The translations under genes were made by a program, and so were the position numbers. From contig CM022667.1 of assembly GCA_012295275.1 (NCBI GenBank), positions 4,774,001 through 4,838,000 on the forward strand: DNA of 64,000 nucleotides, read 5' to 3'. Positions 58,157-64,000 of this stretch are shown in pieces. This DNA is from Chrysomallon squamiferum (taxonomy: Eukaryota > Animalia > Mollusca). The notes under the pieces were generated by a model. That model saw only the letters and a program-made list of their open reading frames with translations, was not told the origin of the DNA and made no database searches. The stretch's first letter is position 1, and each line of letters begins with the position of its first letter.

Positions 58157-58755
58157 TTATTATTATTATTATTTTTTTTGCTTTTTTAAAAATTATCTTT
58201 ATTTTTTTGTGGCCTAATATTTAGTATAGGTAATTTATTATTTAGATATCAAAATCATTTTATACAAACTTTATTTCTGACATTTTAATCGCCTTCCATA
58301 ACATTAACTTTAAAGAGATAATCGTACGTGTAGAAACTTTGTCACATAAAGAAAAGCCCAGTTACGATTTGTATAGATGTATATGCACTGATGACGTAAA
58401 CATACGTCACTAAGCAACGTACTGCATATGAGAACAATTACGTCATAGTTCTGTTTTATGTGAGGTGCACCCATTGTCTTTAACATTCCATCACAACTTG
58501 TAAACATCAAATGCAATAAAATTTTGAAAAATTGTGATCGTTAATTATATGATTAAAAATTTCGTTTTCGATGTTATGTTATTTTATATCTGTTAACAAA
58601 TATTTTTGTTTCGTATATTTTTCTCAAATTTTCTCAAATAATGAAAATAAATTTGGTGTACTTGGAAAAATCTGTGTGTAAAGATTAATGCACTTACAGA
58701 CATTCCAAATAAAACACGCACAAACACACACACACGCACACACACATACAAAACA

Positions 58756-58793
<38 letters not shown>

Positions 58794-59228
58794 TATACCA
58801 CACATTAACACATATAGAAATAAAAGAAAACAAAAATAATCTGAAGGCTGCTTTTATATGTATTATTAATTATTTTCTTCATTCATTAACAGAAGCTAAT
58901 TATTTAATTATTTTTGTGAAATACTCAATTCTGAACATTTCTTATTATCTTGTATTCATCACACTTTCAAGCTGCATCGTATCAAAGCAAAGACAAAATT
59001 CTTTTCAACAAGAAGAAAATTATAATTTGAGCAAACAAAGATTTGTTAATTATTGCATGATTAAGCTTATAATTAATAATTAACTTATTCTAGGTTATAT
59101 ACGTAAGGATAATTATAATTGTTTTCATCAACAAATTCTTGGATATATGTTATTACAGTTCTCAGTTAAAAGCGGAAACAGTCATAGTCGCCATTAGGGA
59201 AAGACATCACGTGATCATCGACTGGTAA

Positions 59229-59371
59229 TTATTCTTTAGGCGTCTGCGGAACAAGACGATATCCCTTCCCTTTGTTTCGTTTCCAGGCAACGACGGCTAC
59301 CATAGCAACGACGCAAGCAACCGCAGCCACACACGTACTGACGACAACAGCAGCCGGAGAATTGGAAGAGT
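59229..59371 (-). CDS. ZP-domain protein, last exon: transmembrane helix and short cytoplasmic tail
   Basis: TTTTCGCAG acceptor, phase 1; (D)SSNSPAAVVVSTCVAAVACVVAMVAVVAWKRNKGKGYRLVPQTPKE then TAA. This frame is not the one in the ORF track. Confidence 0.85.
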
Positions 59372-59598
59372 CTGCGAAAAATAAAATAAAATAAATAAAT
59401 AAATAAATAAAATAAAATATATAAATAAATATATAAATAATATAACAACTATTGAAACATCTTACCTGTTACTACTACTATTGCTACTGCATGGTATTTA
59501 CTATCGCTGTATTTTCTCAAAACTCTGCTTCACTTGAGGCAATTATGAACAGACACTGACTAACGCAACGATGTTTTATTTGTGAACTGTGAAATTAC

Positions 59599-59861
59599 CT
59601 TGTTCCTTCATCACGACGAACGGACCGGTAGAAATGAGGTGAGACGAGTGTCGTTGTGCAAGTCCACGACGACGTCGACGTGTCACGTGACACGACGGTG
59701 CACACTGCGACGGACGACACACGGACACTTGACAGTGGACGTAAACCAGCTGAGGCGAAGAAACAGGAGACGTTGACGTGAACCTGAACACGTTGAAACT
59801 CCAGCGAAACTCTGACAACGATTTTGATTGGTCAACTCGAACTTCCGGTTCAGTAGCACAC
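59599..59861 (-). CDS. ZP-domain protein exon: end of ZP-C, furin site RRRRR and external hydrophobic patch
   Basis: (G)CATEP...FRWSFNVFRF...VYVHCQVSVC..SQC.PSC..TRRRRR...ISTGPFVV; phases 2/1 fit the flanking exons. Confidence 0.92.
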
Positions 59862-60056
59862 CTGTTTAGAAAGATGAAGGTGTAGACGTTAAAACTGTAG
59901 ATCACGCACGTTTAAGCAAAGGATTAGAAAAAAAAAAAAAAGCAATTAGGTTTGAATATTTTTCTATGAGGAAGTGGAACAAAGTACGTCTGACAAAAAC
60001 GTGACCTTTGACCTATCAGCGCGTATCAAAAAAAATCATATGTCAAAGATTCTTAC

Positions 60057-60687
60057 CCATTTTTGATCAATTGCCGAAACACAGGATAGTTCGGTGACGG
60101 CATAGGCGTTGCTATGCAACCGTCGACGAAAATTCCGAGATTTGTCAAAGACGAATGACCTAGTGAAAGAGCTACGTGTAGCTGGTCGTTCAGTGGAATT
60201 TTCGCCGGCAAGCTGTCGCTGGCTATTTCAGTCACGTACTCGTTGTCTTTAAACTGTCTGAGTTCAAAGTCCAAACGTCCGAAACCTCTCTCGAAGATTC
60301 TCAGTGTGTGGTGCAGGGGAAGATACTCCAGGCTGACGTTTGCGCGTCTTGGATACTCACACTGCAGTGGTATGAACGCCTCGCCGTTATCACCAAACGT
60401 GACGTCAGGTGGAAACAGCGCGTTAGTGACATGGGCAGACAACTCGTTCCTGAAAATGATGGAATCCTTCGAAATCTCCACAGTAGTCCCGCACTGATCG
60501 AGACCTATGTCGATCACGTGATGGGTGCCGTTGAATCTGACGAGGCATGCCGGGTCTCGCAGTGTCGCGTTATGTCTCGGGAGAAGTGTTGCTGGGATGG
60601 AAATTTCCATTGACGTCGGCGTGCAGACGATGTCCGCTCGCTGAACGTAGCCATTATTGGTCGTTGTGTTTGCTAGTTTGTCAGTAG
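60057..60687 (-). CDS. ZP-domain protein exon: ZP-N and start of ZP-C; upstream exons unresolved
   Basis: TTTAG acceptor; DIVCTPTSMEISIP...DPAC...DQCGT...LQCEY...VDGCIATP...LIKNG; GG|GTAAGA donor; ten ZP-type cysteines across this exon and the next. Confidence 0.92.
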
Positions 60688-62357
60688 CTAAATAATGATG
60701 TGTAAATTAAGAATTAAAAAAATATATACTAATTAAAAAAATCAGTATTACAGATAAGATTTTTGAAGAGAAATTTCAAATTATAAGAACATCCTGGCGA
60801 CTTCATCTTTTTTTTTGAAACCTGAAACTAGAAACAAATATGTATTTAATTAATACAGTGTCCGGATGATTTCCTGTTTTGTTCGACGCTTTCCGCTTAT
60901 ACTCGGCTCTTGTCGCTGATGTTCGGCAGATTGCGGTCATTTCCGTCGTATTGGGGTGCTCAATATTGAATGATGATGACAATGGTTGAAGCGAAGCAGA
61001 CAGAGTTTTTGACACACAAATACTTACCACAGGATACTTACGGTACTGAAGTCTGAATATAATGAACGGTTTCTTTATAATACGTTGTTACCTTAGATAA
61101 AGTGTTTCCTGGCGGTGTAAAACCAATTAATGACCTGTGAGAAGAATTCAACTTATCGGCGATGAAGTTTAATAGCTCGCTGTAACTTGACAGTAGCATG
61201 TCCTCTTTTCTGATAATATAATAAAATAAAATAAAATAATTAAATAAATATGAAGGATTATGTTATTGAATTTAGTGTATAAATAACGTTAAATAAAAAA
61301 GAAACAGCATGACAGTATGATGCAAAGATAAAGAAGGCGATTCGGTGAGGTTCTGAGTTATGGGAGAGAAAAACATTTAAAAATAAATCAGTTAATTTAA
61401 ACATAAGATTTCGCTACTTTTTTCTTTTTCTTCTTCTTCTTCTTATTATTATTATTATTAATTCTATTTATATTTCTTGAATATTTGTTTTTAAATATTC
61501 CTGTTTTTTTAGATTATCATTTATATTATCATTACATAAAAATATAATTATACAAAACACTTTTGATCTTGTGTTGTCAGCTTGGTTTAGATTATCGTAA
61601 ACTAGCGATATGAAAGTACTTTATTGTCTAAATGTACCAAAATAATCTTACTCTGTATCAACACGTGACAAAACAGTTTTCCATATCACGTGATATCCGG
61701 CTGTCTTCTAATTCGACCATGTGTAATAACTAAAAATAAAAATATTTGAAAACTCTCCATAAAACAATGAAAAAGAGAATAAAGGAATCTCTTCTAAACT
61801 GGAATGATTCCGAAATTGTTTTGACGATCTTTGGTAATCTGAAAATACCAGATTAATGTTCTTTTTCTTCTTCTTCTTCTATCTATATTTGTGTATTTCT
61901 GATTCCTAATCTGACTGTTTCTCTGTCTGTCTGCCTTCCTGCTAAAATTCTTCTTGTATTTAACTAAAAATGTGGATCTGTCTGTTTCTGACTATCTACC
62001 TGTTTGTCTACCTCTCTGTTTGTGTGTGTATTTGTCTGTTTTCTGTTTATCCTTCTCTGTATATGAAACGTTAATATGATTAATTTGAAATTCAGTATTA
62101 ATTTGAAGACGTTTGCTTTGAATTGTAGTCATCATCTTTAGAGCAAACACACAAACAAATAAACAAACAAATAAACAAATAAATAAAGAAAGAAAGAAAG
62201 AAAATAAATAAACAAGCAAACAGTCAAACAAACAAACAAAATAAATTAGCAATCAAATAAACAAATAAATACAATTTAATTTTGAATATATTGTAGAACT
62301 GACTTTTACACGGTAAAACTGGCTGATAAAACCAAAGTAACAAAATGATTTACTTAC

Positions 62358-62450
62358 CGGCTGGTTGTAACTTGTTGTGTGGACGAAGTCGGAAAGTTAA
62401 AATGAAGCGAACGAAACACGAAGCAACTTGTGAACAGATCCCCGAGTACT
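62358..62450 (-). other. Candidate non-coding 5' exon of the ZP gene
   Basis: Strong CCG|GTAAGT donor at 62357; no usable ATG; GATA and ACTTCC motifs just upstream. The 5' boundary is a guess. Confidence 0.3.
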
Positions 62451-62636
62451 CTTATCAGCACTCAGGAAGTGTCATCAGGGCGGTGCCGTCGTGCAGGAAA
62501 GGGGAGGTAACTAGGAAGTAAAGCGATAAGAGGCAAAGAAGTTTAATACTCTTATTTAAAAAAAACCTCTCCTGTGTTGGCGTGACCTCTTTACTTCATT
62601 GCTTCACTTCCGCTGTTTATTTCAGTTCTGTAAAGT

Positions 62637-62700
62637 GGGTATGGGTTGTAGTCTGCTGGTTAGAGCGCTCGTCTAGTTGACGATTCTGAAAGGATTTCTC
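62637..62700 (+). mobile_element. Possible decayed tRNA-derived SINE head
   Basis: GGGTTGTAGTCTGCTGGTTAGAGCGCTCG resembles a tRNA A-box/D-arm; no clear B box or cloverleaf. Confidence 0.25.
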
Positions 62701-63361
62701 TTGTTTGTTATCCCGAGTAGCCTCTAGTGCAGAACAAGTCAGACAGTTTGATGTATATCGTTGGCTCTGCGCCAAAGACAGATTTATATCGTATGTGTGG
62801 CAATGAGTACGGCATTATACTAATTCAACTTTAGTAATTTTGGCATAATATTTATTTAGGTCGTTCATCTTCTTGTTTGCTGGTACCATAAATATTACCA
62901 TTTAGTGGTACAAACAGACGTTGCAAGAAGAAATCGAAGAGCCCGATCATAAAATCACAGACTCGGAAATCTTCGGACATGTTTGAATCGTCTTAATCGT
63001 GACGTAGAGGTCAGCTGATTAGCACGTGACAGCTTTTAAGAACAAAATGCTTAACACAGCTTTTACAAAATACAATTAGTCTAAATGTTATTAAAATGTT
63101 AATTAAACTTTCTTAATCAGATTTCTTTTGCGGAATCAAAATTCAGTTAAAGGTAAGTCAAAGTTTTAGACTGCACGGTAGGTGGAGTTAAAACAATCAA
63201 AAAGTCAACAATATTAAAAAAGATCTAAAACAAGTTTGGATAGCATGGCGGTTCTTTCAACTGTGCGATTTGTATAGTTTTTCAACATTTATCTCCCTTT
63301 ACAACTTCCATACTACTTTTACAAAATTCACCCATACATCCACCTACCCATCAATACGTAC

Positions 63362-63396
<35 letters not shown>

Positions 63397-63786
63397 AACA
63401 CACAGACACGCGCACGCCAACACACGCAATCACTTTATTATAACTATCTTATAAAAAAAAAAGAACCCAAAACAAAATAACAAAAAAACCCAGTTAATAT
63501 TTATGATATTACGACATCAAAATATTTCAAATTTTCCCCTGAAATGTGTTGGAACTGCCTGTGAAAATGTGATCATTTTTTCAAACGTGCAGAGATAATC
63601 TATGCAAACAAAGTTCTGATAACATTGTTTTTTACTGCATATCACACTAGCTTAGATTTTTAGCTTAGGACAACAAAGCAGAAAAAAAAAAAAAAAAAAA
63701 AAAAAAGAAAGAAAAAAAAAAGAAATGAAAATTTAATCTGGTAATATTTAAACTTTAATAAATAATAATAATAATAATAATAATAA

Positions 63787-63825
<39 letters not shown>

Positions 63826-64000
63826 TTACTATTATTTAGTACAGTACTGAAATAAACTCAGATAAGATGATTATATTAGAAATAGTTTATTACGTGAGTG
63901 GATATCAGTAAATAAGCTAAACAACCTTGTTCGTGTATCATCTGTATGTTATTTAGTACAAAAACTGAAGTGTCGGTGTCTTAGATTACAAACAACCTAT

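Noticed and set aside
59236-59448. Cys-rich ORF (GCCCRQYVCGCGC) resembling a metallothionein or toxin
   Set aside because: Alternate frame of the ZP transmembrane exon
59466-59525. Possible cassette exon in the last ZP intron (CAG|GTAAG donor at 59465)
   Set aside because: The only phase-compatible acceptor found is a weak GAG without a pyrimidine tract, and the flanking exons already join in frame
60002-60014. TGACCTTTGACCT nuclear-receptor DR1-like site in a ZP intron
   Set aside because: Single site; a similar motif occurs near 25707 and it cannot be separated from background

Overview
AT-rich, microsatellite-dense animal genomic DNA with spliceosomal introns. The gene content and repeat style suggest a mollusc or other lophotrochozoan, but that is inference. 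Almost all ORFs in the supplied track are simple-repeat artefacts. Splicing by hand gives four loci. (1) An intact 4-exon secreted PAN/Apple + C-type lectin gene (3401-5451, +, 239 aa, EPD/WHD motifs). (2) Its tandem paralogue (7976-10082, +), with premature stops in exons 1-2 but open lectin exons carrying a QPD/WYD site; two promoter-only relics flank the pair, forming a birth-and-death array over about 1.5-13.4 kb. (3) A 4-exon FAD-dependent oxidoreductase/monooxygenase-like gene (23154-55674, +, up to 421 aa) with an N-terminal membrane anchor, MICAL-like motif spacing and a 29,325-bp intron after its first coding exon. (4) The 3' three exons of a ZP-domain transmembrane protein (60687-59229, -) whose signal-peptide exon could not be found. 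Non-coding features include a 40/43-bp satellite, 30-, 25- and 17-bp minisatellites, a 29-bp perfect hairpin, two clusters of TGACGTCA, a one-strand GCAGACGAC cluster and duplicated splice acceptors.
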